Origin: Oopsacas minuta
Taxonomy: Eukaryota; Animalia; Porifera
Reading direction: 5' to 3'
DNA length: 64,000 bases
Assembly: GCA_024704765.1 (NCBI GenBank)
Contig: JAKMXF010000354.1
Location: 791,690 to 855,689, forward strand
Shown piece after piece: positions 25,281-37,200 of this stretch. Under the pieces are notes generated by a model. The model searched no databases, was not told the origin of the DNA, and saw only the letters and a program-made list of their open reading frames with translations. Positions within the stretch are counted from its first letter, which is position 1. The number at the start of each line of letters is the position of its first letter. The position numbers and the translations under genes are program-made.

Positions 25281-28022
25281 TTAAAATGGGTTACTTTCTT
25301 CAGTCTCATCATCTTTATTCTTTCCAATAAACAGAGTGTACATATTAGCACCAGCTAGCAAACAGCATAATATTATAGGACCGATAATAGCACCTTCTAT
25401 CCCATTAAAGTACACACCCCCAGCAACAGCTAGGCCGGTTAAATAAGGATGTGCTCCACCTTTAACCTCAGCGTAGATAGCTTGATCTACAACATAGGAC
25501 GGTAGTAGATGTAAACAGAAGAAAGTGAATGCTAGTAGTGACTGGTCGTGTGTGAACCAGAGCTCTAGCACCCCTGCAAGACAAGCCCAGTATGAACCAA
25601 CGAATGGTACAACCCCAGCCACAGCAGCGAAAGCTGCAGGGATAAACGCAATTGACACGCCGAACACAGAATGTATTAACCACGTATACACACCGTAGAA
25701 TAAAGCCATACGGAGTGAAGCGTCGAATACAGATACGATTGCTTCTGACAGAGCCTTCTCTATCTCTTTAGCTGGATTCAATCCGTTTACATTTGTTATA
25801 GGAATAAACTCTAGGATACGTCGCATTGGTATGTAATTATTCTTTGAATACAGCATTAGATAGAAAAGAGAAGTGAAGAATATGATTGAAGAAAAGAAGA
25901 AATTTAGCAGAGCACTACCTCCACCTAACAACAGAGAGAATAATTTCCCTGACATTAGGAATAAAACTCCAAAGTTTGTCACTAGCAATTCTCCGACAGA
26001 TCTGAATAGGTTGAGAATGACAGATAAGTTTGATTTTACGAGTTTAACTATATTTCCCATAGAGTTTGAATTGAAGCTTGCTGATACAATACTCATTGCT
26101 ACGTCGTATAGAGAAGCATTTGCGGTGAGAGGGCTTAATGCGAATGTATTACTAGAATTCTGAAGAGCTCTAAAAGCCGCGAACATCTGATCTAGCGTGT
26201 CGACTAACTGCTGTTCCATTTTAATTCTAGTCTCATCGTTAATCTCCTCATCATCATCACTGATTAGCTCACGTATTTCACTAGCAAGCCATCGTCTACT
26301 TGAGAAGTAAATCTGTCCTGACCAATCACTCAATTTATCGTTAATAAGCGAGCTAACATTCTGATCTTCATACACAGTAGAGTTCATTATTTGATTAATA
26401 GTATTCATTGAGTATTCAGCTGTCCTATTCCATGCGTGTGATCCCATCATCATTATTTGGAATGACTCCTGTCTGAATTGCATTATAGTGAATGCAGTGA
26501 ATAAGCAAGTGACTACACACACCATGAACATTATAAATATAGTCACTAGCTTATCAAGAGAGTATTCTAGCCATAGATAAACCTTATCATCTAACTTCAA
26601 GAATAAGTAATAAGCATGAATTAATGCGTCAGGACATAGTTTAGGTACTCTGTCTGATAGAGAGGTAATCTTACTGAAAAGATGCTTAGAGGTGTTGGTA
26701 GAGAGGAGCTTTTTGAGTCCTATCCAGGGTAGGGGTAACAAGAGAAGGGAGAGGAACCAGTAGTTGTTGTAGAGCTTGTAGAGAAAGCATGCCCAGAAGA
26801 GAAGAAAGAATATTCTGTCTCTTGAAGCTCTGTTTTCTGCAGACTTTATTGCAATCTTATCTCTATGGATATTCTGTCGAGATATTTTAGGAATAAGAAT
26901 ATTGGCATCTCTTTGTGATTGTATAAACTTCCCAATTTCTGACCAGCCCTTTGGTTTAGATTGTTTCTCAGATGTGAATACTTCTGAGGATTCCGATTCC
27001 TTGGGTCTCTTCTCAGGACTGGAGTGTGTAGTAGAAGCTGATATATAAGATATATCTCTTGGAATAGAACTCTCGCTGACATCAGATCTTGACAGCTCAG
27101 GCTCTGGCTCCAAATGGCGTCCCTCAGATACAGGATGTACAGGACTGAGTACATGCTCCATGGTCTCTCCAATGCTAACAGTACTGAGATCTGACTTATA
27201 AGTAGATATGCTTGTGTCATGATCAGAGTTAGTTATTCCTTTCCTCTTTTCTATCTGTATCATCAATGCAGCTGATACCAGGATAGTCTGAATGAATAGG
27301 AATAGAGGTAGCTGTAGGATCTGTATATACACTAGCACTAATGTAGCTACTAACATCCATACAGGGAGGAGAAGGGTAGAGAGAGCTACGGAGAGTACTT
27401 CACTCTTATACACGAAAGGCAGACATGTTGACGTCAGAAAATATATTATTATGAACCATATTAACATGCTTTGATACAGATCAGCTGTTTCGAGGATATA
27501 ATGAGATGTATCAACAACAAATATCAGTATATTTCCTACTAAGTTAGCCGTAGCAAAGCTTAGCCAGCCTAGAAGAGGCATACACATACCTGAGAGTAAG
27601 AACATAACCCAGTGGCTCTGGAATACTCGCACTATAAGATCTCCGGTATCATTTAATAACCAAAAAGGTAGGAGAGAGAGGTATAGAGTTATAGGTATAC
27701 CTACAGACAGACAGTGACTGAGTTTAGCACGCATGAACTCATTGCTTGTCTTCTTGAAAGGAAATAGAAATGTACCACATAGCACAGCCCATAGAAGAGG
27801 ACGGATAAAAGCTGTGAATATCCCAGCCACGTATAGTCCCATTACACATAGCAAAAGAAAGAAGAATATTGCAGCGGCGTTGTAGAAGGCTTGCTTCATC
27901 TCAGCTGGAGGTTCAAATGTAAGACTATCACCTTGAAAATAGCGATTCATAACAAAACTGGATAGAGAGATTCCTCGAGGTCTTCCTCGGGTTCTAGGTT
28001 GTCCATCTTCATCTTCATCCAT
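25281..28022 (-). CDS. TMEM245: Transmembrane protein 245
   Basis: KQAFYNAAA...FIRPLLWAVLCGTFLFPFK; C-terminal SLRMALFYGVYTWLIH, PFVGSYWA, GGAHPYLTGLAVAGG...GIEGAIIGPIILC. Confidence 0.93.
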   Translation of the reverse strand: MDEDEDGQPRTRGRPRGISLSSFVMNRYFQGDSLTFEPPAEMKQAFYNAAAIFFFLLLCVMGLYVAGIFTAFIRPLLWAVLCGTFLFPFKKTSNEFMRAKLSHCLSVGIPITLYLSLLPFWLLNDTGDLIVRVFQSHWVMFLLSGMCMPLLGWLSFATANLVGNILIFVVDTSHYILETADLYQSMLIWFIIIYFLTSTCLPFVYKSEVLSVALSTLLLPVWMLVATLVLVYIQILQLPLFLFIQTILVSAALMIQIEKRKGITNSDHDTSISTYKSDLSTVSIGETMEHVLSPVHPVSEGRHLEPEPELSRSDVSESSIPRDISYISASTTHSSPEKRPKESESSEVFTSEKQSKPKGWSEIGKFIQSQRDANILIPKISRQNIHRDKIAIKSAENRASRDRIFFLLFWACFLYKLYNNYWFLSLLLLPLPWIGLKKLLSTNTSKHLFSKITSLSDRVPKLCPDALIHAYYLFLKLDDKVYLWLEYSLDKLVTIFIMFMVCVVTCLFTAFTIMQFRQESFQIMMMGSHAWNRTAEYSMNTINQIMNSTVYEDQNVSSLINDKLSDWSGQIYFSSRRWLASEIRELISDDDEEINDETRIKMEQQLVDTLDQMFAAFRALQNSSNTFALSPLTANASLYDVAMSIVSASFNSNSMGNIVKLVKSNLSVILNLFRSVGELLVTNFGVLFLMSGKLFSLLLGGGSALLNFFFSSIIFFTSLFYLMLYSKNNYIPMRRILEFIPITNVNGLNPAKEIEKALSEAIVSVFDASLRMALFYGVYTWLIHSVFGVSIAFIPAAFAAVAGVVPFVGSYWACLAGVLELWFTHDQSLLAFTFFCLHLLPSYVVDQAIYAEVKGGAHPYLTGLAVAGGVYFNGIEGAIIGPIILCCLLAGANMYTLFIGKNKDDETEESNPF

Positions 28023-28416
28023 TGATACTATACCTATAAATCTGATAAGTAAGATTCATTAGTATGGCGATTCGTGTTATCAAAATGTGTTGAGGAATTC
28101 TACATAAGTGTTAAGACCCAGTACAGTGTGTACTTATGGTTGGACGAATTGTCCAGTGAAATACTTTTTCGGGGAAAGGGCACTCTGACCTATGTTTTTG
28201 AAATTTTGAGCATATAAAATAGACATATAGTTTTCAAGATATGGCCATGCAAATGATTGAGCCACAAGCAATTGTGAAGGAATAAGATGAATGCATAATC
28301 ATACTATAATATCCTTAAACAGTTAGAGATACACTACAAGTAGCTCAATTATCGTATCACGAACAACATACTAGTAATTATAATATGAATAATTTGACAG
28401 CACAAGGACAGGGCTC

Positions 28417-29121
28417 TTATACTGGAGTTGCTATTGATTTGAGGGTAGAAATGCACTGAGTAACAGTAGTTCGCTCCTGCTCGGGAGTAATAGCACTCAC
28501 TACTTGCTTATTCAGCCAATCAACTAACAAATCCTGTTCAAATCTCCTTTGGAAACGTTCTAGGTGTAACTGGTACTCTAAACGGTTTTTAACTTCCTTA
28601 TTCACTGTCTCCTGTCTCTTCAGGAATTCCACCTGTAAAGCTAGGAGATTAGTCTCCTTCTCTAGCTCGTACAGGTCATGTCGTACACTGAGAGTATCTT
28701 CTGTCTTACCCTCTGCTGTGATCTTATCTTCTAAACTAACAACTCTATCATCTCTCTCCTTGTACAGAAGATCCCTAACTTCTTTGATTTGAGCATCCAG
28801 GTAGTTAGCTATCGGAGTACCAAATTTTCGATACAGCACTACTATAATAGTAAAGTCTACAACAGCTACAATGGTCTCTGCGTGTAGGATGAGATATTCC
28901 TTAGAGATTAGGGTAGTTAAGATACCTAATCCTAGTGTCCAAGTGCCGGTTACCCCTAGTCTGGGTTCCAGGAACTTTTGTATAGATCTCTTAGGTACAG
29001 TATCAGGTTCATCTGTTATAGGGCCTGTTACAGAGGTAGTGGTGGAGCAACGAAACAGAGGTTTGTTAATAAAGGCGCGGGAGTAAGGACATATGCGTGA
29101 GAGGAATAATCGAGAAGTCAT
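28417..29121 (-). CDS. ATP5PB: Mitochondrial ATP synthase peripheral stalk subunit b
   Basis: FLEPRLGVTGTWTLGLGILTTLISKEYLILHAET, KNRLEYQLHLE, TQCISTLKSIA. Confidence 0.92.
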   Translation of the reverse strand: MTSRLFLSRICPYSRAFINKPLFRCSTTTSVTGPITDEPDTVPKRSIQKFLEPRLGVTGTWTLGLGILTTLISKEYLILHAETIVAVVDFTIIVVLYRKFGTPIANYLDAQIKEVRDLLYKERDDRVVSLEDKITAEGKTEDTLSVRHDLYELEKETNLLALQVEFLKRQETVNKEVKNRLEYQLHLERFQRRFEQDLLVDWLNKQVVSAITPEQERTTVTQCISTLKSIATPV

Positions 29122-29291
29122 CTTCTCTAATAACTATTGTACCAGATTTTTAGTGATTCAAATCACAATAATTAAAGTATAAAGATGGACAAAATACAGG
29201 ACACAATTGAAAATTCGAGGAAATCGAATGCACTGTTTGTTTTCAGGGACTTTTAGTCTATGTGTTGTATTGGAAATAATTCCTATAATAG

Positions 29292-29340
29292 CGCGTATTA
29301 GCAAGGGAAATTCGTGCAAAATACGACTTGCTAATAGGCG
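29292..29340. other. Hairpin-forming inverted repeat, 14-bp arms (13/14 complementary), 21-nt spacer
   Basis: CGCGTATTAGCAAG ... CTTGCTAATAGGCG. Confidence 0.7.
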
Positions 29341-29746
29341 AACCTCTCCGTAGTTATACAATAAAGATTTCTAATCAAAATCGGAAGATCTCATCATAGA
29401 TGACTAATAGTAAACTACCCATATAAGTACCCTTCCAGATATCATAAAAGCATCATGTACTCTGATCATATAACTCTGCATTAGTAGCACAGACAGATAG
29501 TTAATAAGACCAAGTCTGTACAATAAAATCAATAACTCTTTGTATGTTAGTACATGATACAAACAAATAGACGTTAATAGTGATTGCAGCAAGATTTCTA
29601 TTCTAAAATGCTAAACCAATGAAGCGATTTAAGACTATCATTTTAAACTCTACATACATAAGATTCGGTGTGTGGGGACTAATGAACTATTAATTGTAAT
29701 GTATACTTAATGTAATTATGCAAAGAATCAAAGAGAACTGTCACGG

Positions 29747-32700
29747 CTACCACTTGGGTCTCTGAGTTTCGAGAGGTTGTTGTAGAAGCTAAAAATAAAT
29801 GAAAATGAAAACTTTTCAGTTTCTTTTTAATGTTCAGGATATTATACCATATTTGGGGTAATGTTGGAGTACTGCGGTTGTTGCTGAGAGAGAGGAGGCA
29901 ACATCTGTGGGGTCATGTACTGAGCCATTGGATACCCGAAGCCGAAAGGAATAGCGGATTTCTGGTCATAGCCCTTAAAGATAGATTACGTCATATTTGA
30001 AATTATCAAAAAAATAAATCGCATAACTTACTTTATACATATTCTGTAAATCAGCTGCTTGATTTATCCCGGCTAATAATAAATAGATTAAAATTATGAA
30101 TGATTATGTTTGTAGTAAAAATAGTGACATATACCTTGTTTCTGCTGTACATTAGAGAAGTTAGCTTTATACTCAGTATGCTGGTCAGGGAGAGCTGGTA
30201 TATTGGGAGGCATTGGAGGCTGTGTTTGGAAGGGAGTCTGTCCGCTAGCTGTCACAGGGTTTGGATACGCATTCCCTTTAGGCATCTATAATGAATAAAT
30301 GATATCATAATATTTATTAATACGCAGTTTATAAAGCTCACCATTGGGAATATATTCGGGAAAAACCCGTATCCATGGAAGGGAAGATACACATTTTGTC
30401 CTTGTATTCCACCTACATAATAAATTGTAATCAGCCTATCAATGAATCTAGGTACAATGTAACTTACTCTGTGCGTTAGCTGGAGAAGTGGGTTCATGGA
30501 ATTTAGCATCATTATCTAGAAACACAATTAATCAATAACAAAATATACTAAATATTTGTAATTCAGTCTGAATAATTACTTGGGAATACTTGATTTGAAT
30601 TCTGGTCCTTAACCATATTAGACCCTGGGTTACTGTTCTGAGAAGCCATCTACAGAAATGTATAAATAAATAAGATTCTTAAAATAAATAATTTATCTAA
30701 GAAGTAATAACTTACTAGTCTCATCATTTCTTGTTCAAAATAATAGTTCGGCTATATAAATACAAATGTTGGTAAATAGAGAGTACAAATTCATGTAAAT
30801 TTATAGTTTCTATAACTAACCATCATGCTAAACTGTCCAGTTGGTGCGTTATAGATTACAGGAGTTTGATAATTCTTACCAGGACCTTCATATGGGAAAA
30901 ATAATTAAAATCATCCACATAATACAAAGTAGAAATGTTTGTTAACAAACCTCTGGGTAGATTAGACATAGTAGTGGGAGGGAGGGAGTTGGGCGCTCCA
31001 ACTGAACCCATTGGTGTCATCAAGAAAGGCATACCAGTTTGCTGGTCAATAGAATTTACCTATAAACAATTCCATAAGAACACGGATACATAAAATATAT
31101 TAGAATATGTCCTTACAGGAGCCATTTGAGGATGTTGCTGCATCTTAACAGGATTAACAGACATCCCTCCGTGATGATGCATCTTTCCGCTATTCTCCGG
31201 ATACTTCCTTTCGTTCTGTCTGTTCATGTGCTGATGATACTGCTGATGTGGTTGTGGGTGAGATGGTACTGTAACAGGAGAAGGGACAGCTGTTTGGTGA
31301 GAGGGAGGAGCAGGAGGAGCAGCAGAGACGGAGTGCTGCTTGTCCTGAGGGACAGGAGAGCGAGATGAGATAGGGTGATCATTCTTAGGAGGAGGGGACT
31401 TTGGAAGAACTGGACGTTCGTTACTCTTTGGAGCAGGGGGTGACGGCAGCTGTTCATTTGAAGGAGAATCAGATTCTTGAAAATTAGCATTCGAAAATTG
31501 TTTGTTCTCATCAACAGGGCTAAATAGAATAATTCAATAAATAATTATCATAAGTATCTTTATCTTTTGAGAAGTACTATACCTTGGAGATTCTGTAAAC
31601 TTGTATTCATCTTGAGCTTCTACAGTAATAGGAGCTAGCAGAGTAACTACATTACCAAACTACAGAAAAAAGTTTCGAGAAATTTTCATGAAAATATATA
31701 GATTAGTTCAGTGATGACTTACCTGTATGTCAAAAGTATCAAGATCTCCACTTGGTAGCTCGACTGGTGCATGTGGAATCTAAGTAGAATATTAATTAAT
31801 ACAATTATAAGTGATGGATGATATAATCCTACTCTAGAACGTGTCTTCTTCTTGATATTCATCTTTTCTGATCTATTGAACATGTCCCACAAAGCCTGGT
31901 GGTGAGAGGGAGGACCAGACTCTGGGATTGATGCAGAAGGTGTTGGTAAGGATGTGGTTTGGGGTGAGAAGATTGGTTGCGAGCTGTCATGGATTGGTTG
32001 TGAATGAGGGGAGGTAGATGTGCTAAATAAGAATGATATCATTAGATACATATACAATTGTGTTTCAAGATATTAGGTTTGAATGAATTTACCTAGTAGA
32101 TTCAATATTTGGTTTAGAAGGATGGCTAGCTTTCACTTCTACATCCTCTTTGTCGAAATTGGGATTACAAAACTCCCATCCTTCAGAGAGGATTGCCTAA
32201 TAATCAATTTGAATAAAATAAGATAAGCTCGTAGGTTGTAGACAATTATTAATAACTCACCTCAATACGCTTGTCTTCATCTACATCCTCATCAATTCGC
32301 TTCTTGGCATCATCAGCTCCCCAATCAGTATTAGTGAGTATAGGATTCTCCCAATCTATGCAATATAGGAATAAAGCAATAGAACATATGTATATATGAA
32401 TATAAGTAAGCTCACCAATTGCATCTACACTATGCCTAGAATTAATATAGATATCACCGTTCAGATCTGGAGTTGTTTTTGAAGCTAACAGAAAAAGAAC
32501 AAAATATTAAATTTCTACAAAAATGATAAGAATACTACAAATAACTCACATCTATTAGCAGATTCAAATATAATCCTAAATATACATACAAATATGATAA
32601 ATTGTAATATTATATATATTCTAGTAATTCAAATGAATATCTTACGGTTCCTTGTCACTTCGTTTAGTGCCTTTCCTTCCTGACAAACAAAAAGTATAGA

Positions 32701-33789
32701 AAATGTACTGATAAATTAAAGTTAGTTATAAATATATACCAAACTTCCTATCTCTTGATCTATCATCCTGTTCATGTTCCCCTGTCTCATTCCTATCACG
32801 GTTATATTTAGGCTTATCCCATTGACGATCTGTTCTATTCCCATCATCTCCATCTCTATTATAGGATTTCCTCTCTCTGTAAGGTTTATTTTTCCTTTCT
32901 TTGTTCTGATCATCTCTCATGAATCCATCGTTCCTATCTTTAGGTTCATCTTGATTATAACGCTCATTTCTTCTGTTTCTGAATACTCTGGAGCTCTGTC
33001 TATCCTGGTTACGATCTCCATCTTGCTCTCTTCTCTCATGTCTATTCTCATTGCTGTATCTCTGCCTATTACTGTAATACAAAAGATAATAGACACAAAT
33101 ATTCGTTCACTACTCTATTGAAAAGGTAACTCACGGTTTGTTAGAAAAACCATTTCTAACTGGCCTGTCTCTCTCGCTCTGAGGGAAACTTCGAACAATT
33201 GAGGTCTCTGTTATCTCTTCTCCATCCCAACTTTCCTCACTTTCCTTATGAGGATCCTTCCTATCTCTCCCGCCCCCAGAGCTGTTTCTATCCCTCTCTC
33301 TAGATTTCGCACCCCTCCTGCCCTCCACAACGGACTCACCGCTATGTCCATCTACACATAAATTCATAAATACGTACACATAATCGAGAATAGTTTCTAA
33401 CCTGTGACGTATGCTTTGATTGCGTCAGGAGACCCATTCTCAACTGAATCAGGTACCATTTTCTTTTTGTTAGTCTTTTTCTTTATGACCCATCCCTCCT
33501 GTGTTGATCCTGTATTTGAATCTAGTAGTCGTTGTATCGCTTCAGTTTCATCATTACAATCATGTAGAGTTAGGATTGCTATGTCTTGCTCACATCCGGT
33601 TACTTCCATTATGTTCTTAACCTTGTTCTTGTGTTCCTCTTCATTTGTCTGTCCAAACCCAATTATCTCGAATAACCGGACAGTCTCAGGAGCAACTGAC
33701 TAAAGTTTGCAATGATCATCAAATCTTGAATAAATATTGTACAAACATAAAGGCATTACCTTGGTCGATTTTGTTGTAGACTCAGTCAT
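29747..33789 (-). CDS. UBAP2L: UBAP2/UBAP2L/Lingerer-like protein; about 20 short exons
   Basis: Start MTESTTKSTK at 33789. UBA-like exon KVKNIMEVTGCEQDIAILTLHDCNDETEAIQRLLD...GWVIKKK. Spliced IPHAPVELPSGDLDTFDIQ|FG matches the UBAP2/Lig motif (VEMPG...LQFG). Terminal exons ...DLQNMYK|GYDQK...NITPNM|LLQQPLETQRPKW* with TAG at 29749-29747. About 21 donor sites counted by eye; some internal boundaries are approximate. Confidence 0.8.
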
Positions 33790-34280
33790 TGAAATAACTC
33801 AGAGAACTAATAAAGCGAGGCTGTAAATATACAAATAAATAATATTATTTAGTAAACAAGAAAGTTTGCATTTTAGAACAAAGCTAAAGTATCACTAAGA
33901 ATGTATATTTATAGAAGTATAGAATAAATATTACGCAACTCAAACATCATCATTATTAGCAAAAGATGAATTGATGATACACGTGTGGAATGGTGGAATG
34001 GATTACAGTATTATTGCGTATCATTATACATATGGCAAATAATTTGGACACGCCAACGGGGGCGATTGTATCTACACATAAATCCCTAGGCTTCAAGAAG
34101 CAAGAATCAAGAATCAAAGACGTATGCTATAAGGTTGAGAACACGTGCATGTAATGTAAAATAGTATCTAACATCAGCATGATCAGGTTACTATGAGAAA
34201 TAAGATACAACCAATACTCTACTATCCTTATTACAGATTTCAGTAGTCAGATGAATTATTGAAGAAGTTCATTAATTAAT
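33790..34280. promoter_or_regulatory. Putative bidirectional promoter of UBAP2L-like/LRRK
   Basis: Divergent starts 491 bp apart; positional inference only. Confidence 0.35.
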
Positions 34281-37200
34281 ATGGATGCGAGTAATGAGTA
34301 TGAACAGTTCGATACTGAAGCATTCGACGGAAGTTTCGAGCTAAAGCGGCTAGAGATTTTGGTAATTAATGCAATCTGCAACAACGAAGTAGATCAGCTG
34401 GTCAGAATACTCGAATATGGAGCAGATCCATGTTTAGAGACTAGGTTCTTGAATAATCTCAACTATCCATCTGACGAATGGAGAGCTGTGCACGTAGCGG
34501 CAGTAAAGGGAAGACTGGAGTGTCTTAAAGTACTTGTGAAGTGTGGAGCCAGGACGAATATGCTACTCAGTAACGGTACCAAAACATCTAGTCTAGCAGA
34601 GAGCAGAGGTCATACGGATTTGGTAGTATTTCTGAAGCAAGTGGAGGAGCAGGATAACAGAGATGTAGAGCAACAGATACACAGCTTAAAGGATCTGATG
34701 CAGGCTTGTTCTGATGGAGTACCAGTAAATACACTCAATATGCTACTCAATGCACTACTTAATAACTGCAATCCTCTCTTTTGGAAGTTTGAGAACGGGG
34801 ACTCCCCTATGCTGGCTGTGTGTAGAACAGGAGACCTGGAAAAGCTAGGAGCTCTGGTTAGAAGAGGTTCTCCTGCTCTATTCTGTATGAGAAGGCTAGA
34901 CAACCAACACACACCCCTTCATGCAGCTTGTGAACACGGACAGATTGAAGTTATAAGAGTACTCTTATACTTCTGGCCTCAGCTACTTAACATGAAGAGC
35001 TCTGAGGGAGCTACAGCCTTAGTCATAGCCGTGTCATGTCTCCACTTAGAAGTTATCGTAGAATTGATACAAATTGCTAAGACAAGAGAAGATTTCAAGA
35101 ACTTCACTAAAACATACAATCCCCCTATACCCGATTTAGAGAGCAAGCATGAAGATATAATTCCTATACTAGAATTCAATGCACAAGATGCTACAGGGAA
35201 CACTGCACTACATAGAGCTATCCTTCAGAAATCCCAAAAAGTAGTAAATATCCTCACTGAATTGGAACATATAGACTTAGATATTAAAAACTCAGGTGAA
35301 CAAACACCATTACATATGGCTATAGAAGGACAACTGTATGGCGTTGTAGAAAGGTTACTGACAAAGAAAGCAAACACCAAAATAAAGTCATACTTCAATA
35401 CGTGTCACTATTACCCTTTGACAGTTGCTACTCTCCTTAATGACAATGCAATGCTTAAACTCCTATTAAGCCACAATATACATTATGGATTACAAGAAGC
35501 AAGCAAATTCGCGATTGATCTCTACCCAGAGCTGTTAGTAACACTGCTTAGCTATAATGCACACATTGACGAAGAGTTGTTAGATGATACAAGTGACAGG
35601 TATGTGGATGCAAACTTAAGAAGACCAGAATTCGCGATTTTTTGCAACTTCACGAAATATTCACTACGAGATCTTCAGGTAGACACGCTGACTGAATCTC
35701 TACTCAATTTATCACAAAAATTCGTAATGACAATTCCTGGAATTGTTATCCCTCCTCAAGACCTAATTAAATACGTAACAAAGGTTGATGTATCTAATAA
35801 CTTTCTTACATCAGTTCCTGAGTGTTTTTACTCTCTAAATAATCTATTCAACTTAGATTTATCATTTAACAAAATAACTTCCTTCACTCCAGAACCAGGG
35901 AAATGGCTACAGTTAAGCTATCTCTCCCTCGCAAACAATCAACTTAAAACTCTACACCCAGAGCTATTCAAATTACCACAGCTAAGATACTGCAATGTTA
36001 ACAACAATGAATTACTAAACCTTCCTCGTCAAATGTGGATAGCACCTGTCCTTAATAAACTAATGCTAAAGAACAATAAGATCCAGAACCTACCAGAAGA
36101 TATACCTCTTAACACAAACTCTCAGTCCATGAGCTGTTTTAGGACCTCAGAGAGTATGGATTCTCCTGTCTCAGGGGAACAGAAGTTTCATTCTAGGACC
36201 ACAATCTTCACGAAAGGACTTCAATTCGACTTTACCAAAACAACTTCCTGTTTACCCAAAGCGCTAACTCATTTAAATCTTGCTGAAAATATCCTAACAG
36301 ACCTTCCAGAGGAATTACCCTGTTTGTGTCCAGATCTACAGGTGCTCAACCTATCTTGCAACAACTTGACTGGAGTATCTTTCCCGACATGTTTTCCAGC
36401 CAGTCTGCTCGACCTAAATCTTTCTAGCAACAAGATTACGTCTATTAACTGCACACAAGATATTAAATTAAAGCATAAATGTGCTAGACAACCTATCGAC
36501 TATTCAGCATCAACTGATCTTGAAGATTTTACTTGTAATCATAGAAATCATACTGGATTACAGAGGTTGAGTAGATTGGATCTCAGTAAGAATAAACTCA
36601 ATACTCTTAATCTACATCCACCAGAGAAAGGGGACAAGCATACGGAACAACAACAGGGGAGGAGGGAGACACACGAGAACAAAAAGAAGAAAGATAAGAA
36701 CCTAATATGTCCATTACTAACTTGTTTATATTTAAGTCACAATGAGCTAGAACAAGTTCCAGAGAGTGTATGTGATACGAGAACCTTAACGGCTCTGCAC
36801 ATCGATGAGAATCCTATATTAGAATTACCACCAAAACTCGGCCAGCTATTGAATCTATTCCAGCTAGATCGTACAGGTTTACAGCTTGTCTTTCCTCCTC
36901 AGAATATTCTCGATAAAAATGTCAAAGATATAATCGGTTTCCTATGGTCCCTTCAAAAAGAGGCGAAACCTTACCACAGGATCAGACTGATGCTTGTGGG
37001 AATGCAGAAACGTGGAAAGAGTACTCTATTAGGCAAACTCTCTGACAGAGGAACATATAGAACCACCAAGAGTACCTGGCAACTACAGAGACGGCCTAAA
37101 TCTAACCAAAGTTTAGCAACCCCTGGGATATCAATAAGCGAATGGACGTATATGCCTAAAATGAGAAAAATGTTCCTAGGAGCAAAGAACAGTCAGCTGG

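Noticed and set aside
28122-28340. TACAGTGTG... possible Tc1/mariner MITE upstream of TMEM245
   Set aside because: The right terminus is only vaguely similar (ACACTACA) and there is no second copy in the window.
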